Source: Myxococcota bacterium (lineage in GTDB: Bacteria; Myxococcota_A; UBA9160; JAFDDA01). Taken from it: a stretch of DNA of 64,000 bases. The stretch spans positions 2,176,001-2,240,000 of the forward strand of contig OZ245817.1 in assembly GCA_965228475.1 (NCBI GenBank), given 5' to 3'. Below, piece after piece: positions 9,591 to 23,447 of the stretch (position 1 is the first letter of the stretch; each line of letters opens with the position of its first letter). Under the pieces are notes generated by a model. It worked only from the letters and a program-made list of their open reading frames with translations, did not search any database and had not been told where the DNA came from. The translations under genes and the position numbers were made by a program.

Positions 9591-10978
9591 ACCCGAGGAG
9601 GAAACGGACACCGATGATTCCCAGAGGGGCCGAAGCCTCGTTCTCTGCGCTTCGCGCCATGGCCGTGGCCCTGCTGATCGCCAGCGCGGCGCTCGCGGCG
9701 AGCCCGGCGGCGGCGGTGGGCCACATCAACGTCGCGACGATCTCCGGGTCGATCAACCCGGCCTCGGCGGACCACCTGATGAAGGTGATCGCGCGCAGCG
9801 AGCAGGACGGCGCGGCGGCGGTCCTGATCGAGCTCGACACGCCCGGCGGCCTCCTCGCGGCGACCAAGGACATCGTCCAGGCGATCCTGAACGCGAAGGT
9901 TCCCGTGATCGTCTACGTCTCGCCCCACGGGGCCTGGGCCGCCTCGGCGGGCACCTTCATCACCATGGCCGGGCACGTCGCGGCCATGGCGCCCGGCACG
10001 AGCATCGGTGCGGCGCACCCCGTCGGCATCGCCGGCGGCAACAAGGGGCCGGCCGAGGACGAAGAAGGCAACGCCCAGCGCGACTTCGCGGCCGAGAAGG
10101 CCGAGAACTTCACCTCGAGCTTCATCGAATCCATCGCGCGCGAGCGCGGGCGCAACGCCGAGTGGGCGGTCGAGGCCGTCCGCAACTCCGTCGCGATCAA
10201 CCAGGACGAGGCGGTCGAGAAGAAGGTCGTCGACTTCGTGGCGGACACGCGGGCGGAGGTCATCGCCAAGGCCAACGGCCGGACCGTGAAGCTTCCCGGC
10301 GAGGAGCGGACCCTCGATCTCGAGGGCGCCGAGGTCGTCGACGTCCCGATGTCGCGCATGAACCGCTTCTTCGACGTGCTCGCGAGTCCGGACCTGGCCG
10401 TGCTGCTGATGCTCGCGGGCATGCTCGGGATCTACGTCGAGGTCACGAACCCGGGTCTCATCTTCCCCGGCTTGATCGGCGCCGTCTGCCTGATCCTCGG
10501 CTTCGTGGCGCTGCAGATCCTGCCGTTCTCCTGGCTCGGGCTCTTCCTGCTCGCCGGGGGCCTGGCGCTCTTCGTGGCGGAGATCTTCTTCACCTCCTTC
10601 GGGCTGCTGTTCGCCGCGGGGGTGGTGTGCCTGTTACTCGGGGGCTCGATGCTCTTCGACATGCCCGAGGTGAACGACCTGAACGTCTCGTTCTTCCGGG
10701 TGCTGCTGCCGGCGGTGGTGGGGATGTCGGCCTTCGTCGGCCTGGTCATCATCGCGATCACCCGCAGCATGGCCCTGCCCGAGATCACGGGGCAGGGCGA
10801 GCTGGTAGGGCTCGCCGGGAAGGCCCAGACCGACCTCTCGCCCGAGGGGATGGTCTTCGTACGCGGGGAGATCTGGCAGGCCGAGGCCGAGGGAGAGATC
10901 GCCTCGGGCGACCGCATCGAGGTGGTCGGCGTGGATGGTTTGCGTTTGCGGGTACGCAAGGCGGGCCAGGCCAGCTAG
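9587..10978 (+). CDS. nfeD: NfeD long form (ClpP-class membrane serine protease with C-terminal OB fold)
   Basis: LDTPGG, AASAGTFI, MAPGTSIGAAHPV, a TM block and C-terminal LSPEGMVFVRGEIWQA. Alternative start at 9614. Confidence 0.9.
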   Translation: MNPRRKRTPMIPRGAEASFSALRAMAVALLIASAALAASPAAAVGHINVATISGSINPASADHLMKVIARSEQDGAAAVLIELDTPGGLLAATKDIVQAILNAKVPVIVYVSPHGAWAASAGTFITMAGHVAAMAPGTSIGAAHPVGIAGGNKGPAEDEEGNAQRDFAAEKAENFTSSFIESIARERGRNAEWAVEAVRNSVAINQDEAVEKKVVDFVADTRAEVIAKANGRTVKLPGEERTLDLEGAEVVDVPMSRMNRFFDVLASPDLAVLLMLAGMLGIYVEVTNPGLIFPGLIGAVCLILGFVALQILPFSWLGLFLLAGGLALFVAEIFFTSFGLLFAAGVVCLLLGGSMLFDMPEVNDLNVSFFRVLLPAVVGMSAFVGLVIIAITRSMALPEITGQGELVGLAGKAQTDLSPEGMVFVRGEIWQAEAEGEIASGDRIEVVGVDGLRLRVRKAGQAS

Positions 10979-11005
10979 CGTCCGAGCATAGAGAGAGGAG
11001 GGGGC

Positions 11006-11794
11006 ATGCTTCCGAGTGCTGGAATCGCACTGATCGTCCTGCTTGTGCTCGTCATCACGGGCTTCAAGGTCATCAAAGAGTACGAGCGCGGCGTCGTGTT
11101 CCGGCTGGGCCGGTACGTCGGCATCCGGAACCGCGGCCTCCAGTGGATCATCCCGATGGTGGATCAGATGACCCGCGTGAGCCTGCGCGAGGTCGTCATG
11201 GACGTGCCCTCGCAGGAGGTCATCACCCGCGACAACGTCTCGGTGAAGGTGAACGCGGTGCTGTACTTCCGGGTGCTCCACCCGGAGCAGGCCGTGATCC
11301 AGGTCGAGAACTATCTCTACGGCACTTCGCAGCTCGCGCAGACGACGCTGCGCAGCGTGTGCGGCCAGGCCGAGCTCGACGAACTCCTCGCCGAGCGCGA
11401 CCAGATCAACCAGAAACTCCAGGAGATCATCGACCAGCAGACCGAGCCCTGGGGCGTGAAGGTCCGCGCCGTCGAGGTGAAGCAGATCGACCTGCCCCAG
11501 GAGATGCAGCGGGCCATGGCCAAGCAGGCCGAGGCCGAGCGCGAGAAGCGCAGCAAGATCATCCACGCCGAGGGCGAGTTCCAGGCGGCCGAGCGCCTGG
11601 CCGAGGCCTCGCAGGTCCTCTCCGCCCAGGGTGGATCCGCCATGCAGCTGCGCTATCTGCAGACCCTCGCGGAGATCTCCACGGAGCGCTCCTCGACGAT
11701 CGTCTTCCCGCTGCCCCTCGATCTGATCAAGCCGCTGGTCGGCGCGCTCGGTGACGGCGAAGGCGGATCGAATCAAGGTCAGGGACAGGGATAG
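11006..11794 (+). CDS. Stomatin-like SPFH protein (slipin)
   Basis: [51 protein letters not shown]; follows nfeD. Confidence 0.92.
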   Translation: MLPSAGIALIVLLVLVITGFKVIKEYERGVVFRLGRYVGIRNRGLQWIIPMVDQMTRVSLREVVMDVPSQEVITRDNVSVKVNAVLYFRVLHPEQAVIQVENYLYGTSQLAQTTLRSVCGQAELDELLAERDQINQKLQEIIDQQTEPWGVKVRAVEVKQIDLPQEMQRAMAKQAEAEREKRSKIIHAEGEFQAAERLAEASQVLSAQGGSAMQLRYLQTLAEISTERSSTIVFPLPLDLIKPLVGALGDGEGGSNQGQGQG

Positions 11795-11806
11795 GAGAGT
11801 CCGGAG

Positions 11807-12784
11807 TTGGTCGACGAAGAACGGGTCCCGCCGCCCGAGAAGGTGAGCGGGCAGGTGGGACGACGGTTCGCCAACGGCGCGACGGTGCTGCTCTCCCTCG
11901 TCCTGCTCGGGGCGTGGGCCTTCTTCGGGTACTACGAGCTCGAGCCCGGCGAGCATGCGGTGATCCTGCGCATGGGCACCTACGACCGCACCGTGACCTC
12001 GCCCGGGCCGAAGGTGCATCTGCCGCCGCCGCTCGAGAGCCACGAGATCGTGCGCGTCGCCGAATCCCAGCGCGAGCAGTTCGGCGGCGCCCAGCAGGAG
12101 CCCGACTCCGTCGAAGGGCGGCTCGAGGCCGGAATCCAGACCCAGGCCAACAACGTCGTGCTCGTGCAGTTCTCGATCCAGTACCGGATCAAGGATGCCT
12201 TCTACTCGCGCTACCGCGTGGCGAGCCCGCGCGAGGTGGTGCGCGACGCCGCCCAGGCGGCCATCCGCGAGGTGATCGGCCGGACCGAGGTCGACGGCGT
12301 TCTCTACGGAAAGAAGGCGCTGGTCGCGAGCCAGACGCGGCAGGTCCTCCAGGACATGCTCGACGGCTACGAGGCCGGCCTGGCCATCGACGAGGTGAAC
12401 CTCGAGGACGTCCAGGCGCCCGACGCGGTGAAGCAGGCCTTCAGCGACGTCGTCTCCGCGGACCAGGACCGCGAGACGCGCATCAACGAAGCCCAGGGCT
12501 ACGCCAACGAGGTGCTGCCGAAGGCACGGGGCGAAGCCAGCGAGCTGCGCGAGGCGGCCCAGGCCTACCGCGATTCCAAGATCGCCCAGGCCACCGGCGA
12601 GGCCCAGCGCTTCAGCGCGCTCTACGCCGAATACAAGAAGGCTCCCGAGGTCACGCGCAAACGGCTCTACCTCGAGACCATGGAAGAGGTCCTCCCGGAC
12701 GTGGAGAAGGTGATCATCCAGCCGGGGAGCCAGGTGCTGCCCTACCTCCCGATCGGCCCGAGCGGAAAGGTGGGCTCCCAATGA
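11807..12784 (+). CDS. hflK: FtsH modulator HflK
   Basis: One TM, SPFH domain, INEAQGYANEVLPKARGEA, APEVTRKRLYLETMEEVL. Confidence 0.9.
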   Translation: MVDEERVPPPEKVSGQVGRRFANGATVLLSLVLLGAWAFFGYYELEPGEHAVILRMGTYDRTVTSPGPKVHLPPPLESHEIVRVAESQREQFGGAQQEPDSVEGRLEAGIQTQANNVVLVQFSIQYRIKDAFYSRYRVASPREVVRDAAQAAIREVIGRTEVDGVLYGKKALVASQTRQVLQDMLDGYEAGLAIDEVNLEDVQAPDAVKQAFSDVVSADQDRETRINEAQGYANEVLPKARGEASELREAAQAYRDSKIAQATGEAQRFSALYAEYKKAPEVTRKRLYLETMEEVLPDVEKVIIQPGSQVLPYLPIGPSGKVGSQ

Positions 12785-13668
12785 GGCGGCTGCTGAGCAT
12801 CGCGCTGGTCGTGCTCGCCATCGTGGCCGGCCTGCTGTTCGCGGGAAGCCGCGGCATCGGCCCCGTCCTGATCACCCACGAGGGCGAGCAGAAGATGGTG
12901 CTGCGCCTGGGTTCGGTCGCCGCGGTGCGGACGGAGCCCGGCCTCTGGTGGCGCATTCCGCTGATCGACGACGTGCTCGTCTTCGAGCGACGCCTGCTCT
13001 ACTTCAACGCCGACCCGATCTCGATCCAGACGGAAGACGCCCAGCCGATCATCATCGACTACTACGTGCTCTGGCAGATCGAAGACCCGCGCCTCTTCTA
13101 CGAGTCCTTTCCGGGCGGCGTGAACGTGGACCGGGCCGTGGATCAGATCCGGCAGGTGGTGGGTGCCGACGTCCAGGAGCTGGTCGGCCAGTACAAGCTC
13201 GACGAGGTGATCACGACGGAGCGCGCAGCGCTCATGGAGAAGATGACGAGCCAGGCGAACGAGGCCCTCGCCCGCTACGGCATCTCGGCCGAGGACGTCC
13301 GCATCAACCGCACGGAGCTTCCGGAGGAGACCCTCGGCAACGTCTACACCCGGATGCGCACCGAGCGCGAGCGCCTCGCGCGGAAGTATCGGGCCGAGGG
13401 TGACGAAGAGGGCCGCCGCGTGAAGGCCGAAGCCGACCGGGACGCGCGGGTGATCGTCGCCGAGGCCGAGCGCGACGCCAACATCCTGCGCGGTGAGGGA
13501 GACGCCGAGGCGGCGCGCATCTACGCCGAGGCCTACAACGCCGACCCCGAGTTCTACGACTTCCAGCGGAGCCTCGAGGCCTACCGCAAGGCGATCGGCA
13601 AGGGCACCACGCTGGTGCTCCCGCCGGATTCGGAGTTCTTCCGGCTGCTCGGAAACCCCTCGCCCTAG
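12781..13668 (+). CDS. hflC: FtsH modulator HflC
   Basis: VYTRMRTERER, RGEGDAEAARIYAEAY..DPEFYDFQRSLEAY, PDSEFFR; ATGA overlap with hflK. Confidence 0.9.
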   Translation: MRRLLSIALVVLAIVAGLLFAGSRGIGPVLITHEGEQKMVLRLGSVAAVRTEPGLWWRIPLIDDVLVFERRLLYFNADPISIQTEDAQPIIIDYYVLWQIEDPRLFYESFPGGVNVDRAVDQIRQVVGADVQELVGQYKLDEVITTERAALMEKMTSQANEALARYGISAEDVRINRTELPEETLGNVYTRMRTERERLARKYRAEGDEEGRRVKAEADRDARVIVAEAERDANILRGEGDAEAARIYAEAYNADPEFYDFQRSLEAYRKAIGKGTTLVLPPDSEFFRLLGNPSP

Positions 13669-13681
13669 GTTCGGCCGGCCG

Positions 13682-14761
13682 CTAGGAGGGGATCCGGCGG
13701 AGCCGGAACCCGCCCAGCACCAGGAACAGGGCCGCGACCATCCAGGGTGCCCATTCTGCGTAGGCGAGGCCCCGGCTCGAGACCATCGAGGCGATTCCGT
13801 TCACGAACCAGAACGCGATGAGCAGCATGACGCCCTGGAGCGCCGGCTGCGCCAGGCTGCGCGTGCGCTCGGCCCGGAAGGCGACGGGCACGGCGAGCAG
13901 GGCGAAGAGGAAGACGGTCAGCGGCGCGGCCAGCCGGGCCTGGAGGATGCCGCGGAAGAGCCGGGTGTTCTCGCCTTCTCGCTCGCGCGCCTCGATGTAG
14001 CGGTAGAGGTCGCCGGCCGAGAGCATGGCCGGGTCGGCTTCGAGCACGCCGAGGTCCGGGTCGTCGGCGACGGTGAGCACGATCTCGCGGGTGCGCTCGA
14101 AGTCCGCGCTGCGGGACGGGTCGTCCGGGTCGAAGCGCCGGACGACGGCGTCGTGGAAGCGCCAGGCGTCGGGGCCCTCGATGGAGGCGCGCTCGGCGTG
14201 GACGCTGCGCGCGAGACGCTCCTTCGTGTCGCGCTCGTAGACGCTCACGCCGTACAGGGTGCCGCTCGCCGCGTCCGCCCGGCGGATGTTGTAGATCGTG
14301 CGCCCGCGGTGGTACCAGAACGAGCCCCCGCGGAAGACGATGTCCGGGCCGTCCGCCTGCTCGGGCCGCTCGACGTAGTGCCGGGCGCGCACGACCAGGG
14401 TGTCGTTCACGAAGCCCGTGAGCAGGGTCAGCACGGCGGCGGCGCCGAGGACGGGGAGGGCGAGGCGCAGGGGGGAGATGCCCCCCGCCTTGGCCGCGAT
14501 CACTTCGAGCCCCAGGGCCGCGGTTCCCAGGGTGAACAGGACCGCCGCGAAGGCGGCGATCGGAATCAGGTACTCGAAGTGCATGGCGGGAAGCCGCATC
14601 AGGAGGTAGACCAGGGGCTGCAACCCGTCGCCTCCGAGTTCGCGGACGCGCTCGAACTCGATCAACAGGTCGGCGCTGGCCGCCACGGCACACAGCAGGC
14701 CGAAGCACGTGCCGAACCAGAAGAGGAAGCGGACCAGGACGTAGCGCGAGAGAATTCGCAC
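13682..14761 (-). CDS. LptF/LptG family LPS export permease
   Basis: RILSRYV start, E..A.KAGGISPLRL, three TMs + periplasmic domain + three TMs. Confidence 0.85.
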   Translation of the reverse strand: MRILSRYVLVRFLFWFGTCFGLLCAVAASADLLIEFERVRELGGDGLQPLVYLLMRLPAMHFEYLIPIAAFAAVLFTLGTAALGLEVIAAKAGGISPLRLALPVLGAAAVLTLLTGFVNDTLVVRARHYVERPEQADGPDIVFRGGSFWYHRGRTIYNIRRADAASGTLYGVSVYERDTKERLARSVHAERASIEGPDAWRFHDAVVRRFDPDDPSRSADFERTREIVLTVADDPDLGVLEADPAMLSAGDLYRYIEAREREGENTRLFRGILQARLAAPLTVFLFALLAVPVAFRAERTRSLAQPALQGVMLLIAFWFVNGIASMVSSRGLAYAEWAPWMVAALFLVLGGFRLRRIPS

Positions 14762-14835
14762 GCGGCGGAGGCTAGCATTGCTTCTCCGCGCCCGGGTCGC
14801 CGAGCCCGAGGACCCCGGACCCTCCGGGTCGCGCG

Positions 14836-15813
14836 GTGAAGTGGATGGAGACCGCCTTGCAGGTCGTTCGCAGTAGCCTCGCCTTGCCCGAGCCGCCGCC
14901 GGCTGCGGTGCTGACCATCGGGAACTTCGATGGGCTGCACCGGGGGCATCGCGCCATCACCGAGGTGGTCCGGACCCGGGCGAGCGCGCTCGGGGGGACG
15001 GCGGTCGTCTATACCTTCGAGCCCCACCCGCGCACGGTCCTCCAGCCGGACCACGCCCCGCGCATGCTGCTCACGCTGGATCAGAAGCTCGAGCTGCTCG
15101 AAGCCGCGGGCATGGATCTGGTCGTCCTCGAACCCTTCGACGCCGATTTCGCCAAGACCGCGCCCGAGCGCTTCGTCCGGGACTACGTCCACGCGCGCCT
15201 CGACCCGCGCGAGGTCTACGTCGGCTACGACTTCCACTTCGGCCGCGACCGCGAGGGCTCCATGCGGCTGCTCACCGAGATGGGCCCGCACCTCGGCTTC
15301 TCGGTCACCGTGATCCCCGAGGTCACCGTCGACGGCCGGGACGTGAACTCGACCCGCATCCGGGGGCTGCTCGCGGAGGGCGACGTCGTGGAGGCGGGTG
15401 CCCTCCTGGGCCGGGCCTACGCCGTGCGGGGGGACATCGTGCGCGGCGAGCAGCGCGGCCGGACGCTCGGCTTTCCGACGCTCAACTTGGCGCCGCAGAG
15501 CGAGGTCCTGCCCGGGGTCGGGGTCTACGCCGGGCGCGTGCGCTTCCTCGATGCCGGCGATCCGGAGAAGGGCGCCGAGTTCGAGACCGTCGTGAACGTC
15601 GGCTTCCGGCCGACCTTCGAGGCCGGCAGCCTGCCGCTCGCCGAGGCGCACCTGCTCGACTTCTCGGGCGACGTCTACGGCCGGCGCATCGAGCTGGCTT
15701 TCGAGCACCGCCTCCGCGAGGAGCGCCGCTTCCCGGGGCCGGACGCCCTGCGCGAGCAGATCGCGCGGGATGCCGAGCAGGCCCGGGAGCTTCTGTCCGA
15801 ACGATCGGCTTGA
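14836..15813 (+). CDS. ribF: Bifunctional riboflavin kinase/FAD synthetase
   Basis: IGNFDGLHRGH, FEPHP, VGYDFHFG, GRTLGFPTLN, NVGFRPTF, EAHLLDF. Confidence 0.95.
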   Translation: MKWMETALQVVRSSLALPEPPPAAVLTIGNFDGLHRGHRAITEVVRTRASALGGTAVVYTFEPHPRTVLQPDHAPRMLLTLDQKLELLEAAGMDLVVLEPFDADFAKTAPERFVRDYVHARLDPREVYVGYDFHFGRDREGSMRLLTEMGPHLGFSVTVIPEVTVDGRDVNSTRIRGLLAEGDVVEAGALLGRAYAVRGDIVRGEQRGRTLGFPTLNLAPQSEVLPGVGVYAGRVRFLDAGDPEKGAEFETVVNVGFRPTFEAGSLPLAEAHLLDFSGDVYGRRIELAFEHRLREERRFPGPDALREQIARDAEQARELLSERSA

Positions 15814-16179
15814 CGCCGCGCGGTTCGCGCCAAGCGGGTTCGCGGTCCGGGCCAAACGGTGTTCCACGGGAAACTCGGGCTTTCGCCCGAAAGCGTCTCG
15901 GGGCTTTCCCCGATCCACCGCTCCTCACCGGATCGGCCGTTTCCGTGCCGCTTCGGGCCGCTTGCGCCCGCGTTTCCGTGAGTCGGCGCACGCTCTTGCC
16001 GGTGCCCTGCTGCAAGGCTGCCGGGCGCGGCCTTCGGGAGAACGGTCAAGTTCCCTCCCGGCGCCTCCGATAACTCAGCGGGTTCGCGTCGTTTTTCGGT
16101 AGCCCGGGAAGACGTCGGAAGGGACGTCTTCGCGAGGACTGCCTGCGAAGGACGGCGCATAGCAAGCGGCGAGGTTGCG

Positions 16180-17883
<1,704 letters not shown>

Positions 17884-17891
17884 GGCGGACC

Positions 17892-18986
17892 ATGGCGAAT
17901 CTCCACCAGCTCTTGAAGGCGATGATCGAGAAGGGGGCGAGCGACCTCCACATCACGACGAACGCGCCGCCGCAGCTCCGCATCGATGGTCGGCTGCACG
18001 CGTTGAAGCTCCCGTCCCTGGCACCGCCGGAGACGAAGCAGCTCTGCTACTCGATCCTGACCGACTCCCAGAAGCACCGCTTCGAAGAGACCAACGAGCT
18101 CGACCTCTCCTTCGGCGTGCGCGGGCTCGCGCGCTTCCGCGCGAACATCTTCATGCAGCGCGGCGCCGTCTCGGGTGCGTTTCGGGCGATCCCGTTCAAG
18201 ATCAACACGATCGACGAGCTCGGCCTGCCGAAGGTGATCCACTCGCTGGCGGAGAAGCCGCGCGGCTTGATCCTCGTCACCGGGCCGACGGGTTCGGGCA
18301 AGTCCACGACGCTCGCGAGCATCGTCGACAAGATCAACACCGAGCGCAACGAGCACATCGTCACGATCGAGGATCCGATCGAATACCTGCACCCGCACAA
18401 GGGCTGCATCGTCAATCAGCGGGAAGTCGGGGCCGACACCTCGAGCTTCAAGAACGCCCTGAAGTACATCCTGCGTCAGGACCCGGACGTGGTGCTGATC
18501 GGCGAGATGCGCGACCTCGAGACGATCGAAGCGGCGCTGACCGTCGCCGAGACCGGCCACCTGGCGTTCGCGACGCTGCACACGAACTCCGCGGTCCAGA
18601 CCATCAACCGCATCGTCGACGTCTTCCCGCCCTATCAGCAGGCCCAGATCCGCGCGCAGCTCTCCTTTGTGCTGGAAGGGGTGGTGTGCCAGTCGCTGAT
18701 CCCGCGGGCCGGGGCTCCCGGGCGGGCGCTCTCGATGGAGGTCATGGTGCCCAACGCGGCCATCCGGAACCTCATCCGCGAGGACAAGATCCACCAGATG
18801 TACTCGGCGATGCAGGTCGGCCAGGACAAGTTCGGGATGCAGACGATGAACCAGTCGCTCGCGAGCCTCTACCAGCGGCGGCTGATCACGCTCGACGATG
18901 CGCTCGGACGTGCGGGTGACATCGAAGAGCTGCGGAACATGCTCGGCGTGAAGCCGGAAGACAAGAAGTTCCCGGGCGCAGCGTAG
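17892..18986 (+). CDS. pilT: Type IVa pilus retraction ATPase PilT
   Basis: ASDLH, GPTGSGKST, IEDPIEY, AETGHL, AIRNLIRE, GMQTMNQSL. Confidence 0.96.
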   Translation: MANLHQLLKAMIEKGASDLHITTNAPPQLRIDGRLHALKLPSLAPPETKQLCYSILTDSQKHRFEETNELDLSFGVRGLARFRANIFMQRGAVSGAFRAIPFKINTIDELGLPKVIHSLAEKPRGLILVTGPTGSGKSTTLASIVDKINTERNEHIVTIEDPIEYLHPHKGCIVNQREVGADTSSFKNALKYILRQDPDVVLIGEMRDLETIEAALTVAETGHLAFATLHTNSAVQTINRIVDVFPPYQQAQIRAQLSFVLEGVVCQSLIPRAGAPGRALSMEVMVPNAAIRNLIREDKIHQMYSAMQVGQDKFGMQTMNQSLASLYQRRLITLDDALGRAGDIEELRNMLGVKPEDKKFPGAA

Positions 18987-19076
18987 CCCGAGGGAGAAGG
19001 GGTTCCGGGTGAGGCGCGAGGCCGCCCGCTCGGGGCGGCACGGACGACCGTGGGGACGGTCGGAGGGGAGACGACA

Positions 19077-20288
19077 ATGCCGGTTTTCAACTGGAAGGCG
19101 CGGACGCGCCAGGGCGCCGTCAAGAAGGGCGTCATGGAGGCCCAGAACGACGAGGCCGTGATGGCGATCCTGCGTTCGCAGAATCTGCTGCCGGTCACCG
19201 TGAAGGCCGCCCCGAAGGATCTGCTGGAGTTCCTGCCGGACATCGGCAATCCCGTCAGCACGCGCGAGCTCGTCGTCTTCACGCGCCAGTTTTCGACGAT
19301 GATCGACGCCGGTCTGCCGCTCGTGCAGTGCCTCGAGATCCTCGGAGATCAGGAGCCGAACAAGAAGTTCAAGGACATCCTGGCCCAGGTGAAGTCCGAG
19401 GTCGAGCAGGGCTCGACCTTCGCGGATGCGCTGTCGAAGCACCCCAAGGTCTTCGACGAGCTCTACGTGAACCTCGTCCAGGCCGGCGAGATCGGCGGCA
19501 TCCTCGACACGATCCTGAACCGCCTCGGCACCTACCTCGAAAAGGCGGACTCCCTGAAGCGCAAGGTGAAGGGCGCCATGGTCTATCCGATCACGATTCT
19601 CGTGGTCGCGATGGGCGTGCTCCTGCTCCTGATGATCAAGGTCATCCCGGTCTTCGAGCAGATGTTCATCGACTTCGGCGGCGCGCTCCCGGGCCCGACC
19701 CAGGTCGTCGTGGATACGAGTCACTGGCTCCAGGCCAACGTCGGCTATCTGCTCGGTGGCGCCTTCTTGACCTACATGGCCTTCAGTCAGGCGCGCAAGC
19801 GCATTCCGAAGTTCCGCTACCACACGGATCACATCGCCCTGAAGATGCCCGTCTTCGGCAACCTGCTGCAGAAGACCTCGGTGGCCCGCTTCAGCCGGAC
19901 CTTCGGCACGATGATCTCGAGCGGCGTCCCGATCCTCGACTCCCTCGACGTGGTCGCGAAGACGGCGGGCAACAAGGTGATCGAGAAGGCACTCTTCCAG
20001 ACCCGGGCCGCCATCGCCGAAGGCCGCACCCTGGCGGAGCCGCTCTACGAATCGGGAATCTTCCCCGGCATGGTGGTGCAGATGGTGGGCGTCGGTGAAC
20101 AGACCGGTGCCATGGACAACATGCTCTCGAAGATCGCGGACTTCTACGAGGACGAAGTCGACAACGCCGTGGCGGCGCTCACCTCGATGCTCGAGCCCCT
20201 GATGATGGTGTTCCTGGGCGGCAGTGTGGGTTCGATCCTCATCGCGATGTACCTGCCGATCTTCAAGATCGCCGAGACCATCCAGTAG
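19077..20288 (+). CDS. pilC: Type IV pilus platform protein PilC
   Basis: FTRQFSTMIDAGLPL, AGEIGGILD, AMVYP, GEQTG, AMYLPIF. Confidence 0.95.
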   Translation: MPVFNWKARTRQGAVKKGVMEAQNDEAVMAILRSQNLLPVTVKAAPKDLLEFLPDIGNPVSTRELVVFTRQFSTMIDAGLPLVQCLEILGDQEPNKKFKDILAQVKSEVEQGSTFADALSKHPKVFDELYVNLVQAGEIGGILDTILNRLGTYLEKADSLKRKVKGAMVYPITILVVAMGVLLLLMIKVIPVFEQMFIDFGGALPGPTQVVVDTSHWLQANVGYLLGGAFLTYMAFSQARKRIPKFRYHTDHIALKMPVFGNLLQKTSVARFSRTFGTMISSGVPILDSLDVVAKTAGNKVIEKALFQTRAAIAEGRTLAEPLYESGIFPGMVVQMVGVGEQTGAMDNMLSKIADFYEDEVDNAVAALTSMLEPLMMVFLGGSVGSILIAMYLPIFKIAETIQ

Positions 20289-20311
20289 CGCCGCGGACGC
20301 CAAGTCGTCCC

Positions 20312-22026
20312 ATGTCGACCGTCTCGGGACTCGACGATCGCCTTTCGCGACGCATCGCGTGGCTCATGCTGGCGCGCGTGGTGCTGTTGCTGGTGGTCCT
20401 GGCGGCCGCCGTCGTCCTGAACGCCTCGACCGGGCTGCTCTCCGAGGGGCACGAGACGCGCGTGCTCCAGGCCGTCCTGTTCGGCCTGGTGGCGACGGCG
20501 TTCTCGGGGCTCCTCGTTCGGCGCCTGCGCAACCCGCTGGCCTTCGGGAGCCTGCAGATCGCCACGGACGTCTGCGTCGCCACGGCCATCGTGCACGTGA
20601 CCGGCGGCAGCGAGTCGGTGTTCTCCTTCCTCTACGTGATCGTCGTGGCCTACGCGGCGTTGCTGTTCGACCGGCGCCTGGCCGTCGGGGCCGCGTTGTT
20701 CGCGGGGGCGGCTCATGCGGTCTCGCTGGTCGGCCTGTCCCGGGGCTGGGGCGTGCTCGATGCGAGCTTCCCGGTGGTGGCGCCGGGACTCGCCGTGGCG
20801 GACGCGGCGGTCAAGGCCTGCGCGCTCCTGGTGGTCGCCGCGCTGGCGAGCGGGCTTGCCCGCGAGCTCGCGCGGGCGGACCGCGCTCTCGACGAACGGA
20901 CGCGGGACTTCGGACGGCTCCAGAACCTCCACGAGCACACGGTCCAGAGCCTGGGAAGCGGCCTGCTGACGACGGATCTCCACGGCGTGGTCCGCTCCTT
21001 CAACCGCGAGGCCGAGAGGATCACCGGCGTGGGGGGTGCGGCGAGTCTCGGCCGCCAGCTCGACGATCTGCTGCCCGGAGCGGGCGGCCTCCTGGCGGAG
21101 GAAGACCCACGCCAGCGGGAACGCCTGGCCTTCGAGGCACCCGACGGAGCCTTGCTCCACCTGGGCTTCGCTTCCTCGGTGCTGCGCGACACGGAGGGCC
21201 GCGCGAGCGGCCACGTGGTGATCTTCCAGGACATCACGGCGATCGTGGCGATGGAGGACGAGCTGCGTCAGACCGAGCGCCTGGCCGCCGTCGGCGAACT
21301 CGCCGCGGGAATCGCCCACGAGGTGCGCAACCCCCTGGCGTCGATCTCGGGCTCCGTCGAGATGCTGCGCGCGGGGCTGCCGGAAGAGAATCAGGAGGAA
21401 CGGCGCTTGATGGACATCGTCCTCCGCGAAGCGGACCGGCTCGATGGCCTGATCTCCGACTTCCTCCGCTACGCGCGGCCGGCACCGCCGCGGCGCACCG
21501 AGGTCGCGCTGACCGGCCTCGTCGACGAGCTCCGCGAGATGTACGACCTCGCGCGCCCGCCCGGCGTCGACGTGAGCTTCGACGTTCCCGAGGGCCTCGA
21601 GGTCCTGGCGGACGCGGACCAGCTGAAACAGCTCCTCTGGAACCTGTTGCTGAACGCCGGCCAGGCCATGGACGAGGACGGCGAACTCACCGTCACCGCG
21701 CGCCGGACCGGAATTCAAGAACGAGGCCAGGACGGCCGAAATCCGGATGAGGGGGACGTTTCCGCTCGGATCGAGGTTGCGGTCGCGGACACCGGGAGCG
21801 GGATCTCGCCGGAGCTCCTCGATCGCGTGTTCGACCCGTTCTTCACGACGAAGGCGAACGGCTCGGGGCTCGGTCTCGCCATGGTCCACCGGATCGTGGA
21901 AGCGAACGGGGGAACGATCCGGGTCGAGAGCGAAGTGGGGAAGGGCACGACCTTCCGGGTCAATCTGGCGGATGCACAGGGAAGCGGCGAGGGGGCACCC
22001 GCCGCGACAGAAGCTGAGGGGACGGC

Positions 22027-22030
<4 letters not shown>
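20312..22030 (+). CDS. pilS: Sensor histidine kinase PilS
   Basis: Multi-TM N-terminus with TGGSESVFSFLY, PAS-like region, AHEVRNPL H-box, PFFTTK..GSGLGL; lies between pilC and pilR. Confidence 0.85.
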
Positions 22031-23415
<1,385 letters not shown>

Positions 23416-23447
23416 ACCCGGTGCGAGGGCCGCGCCCCGTGCGAGGG

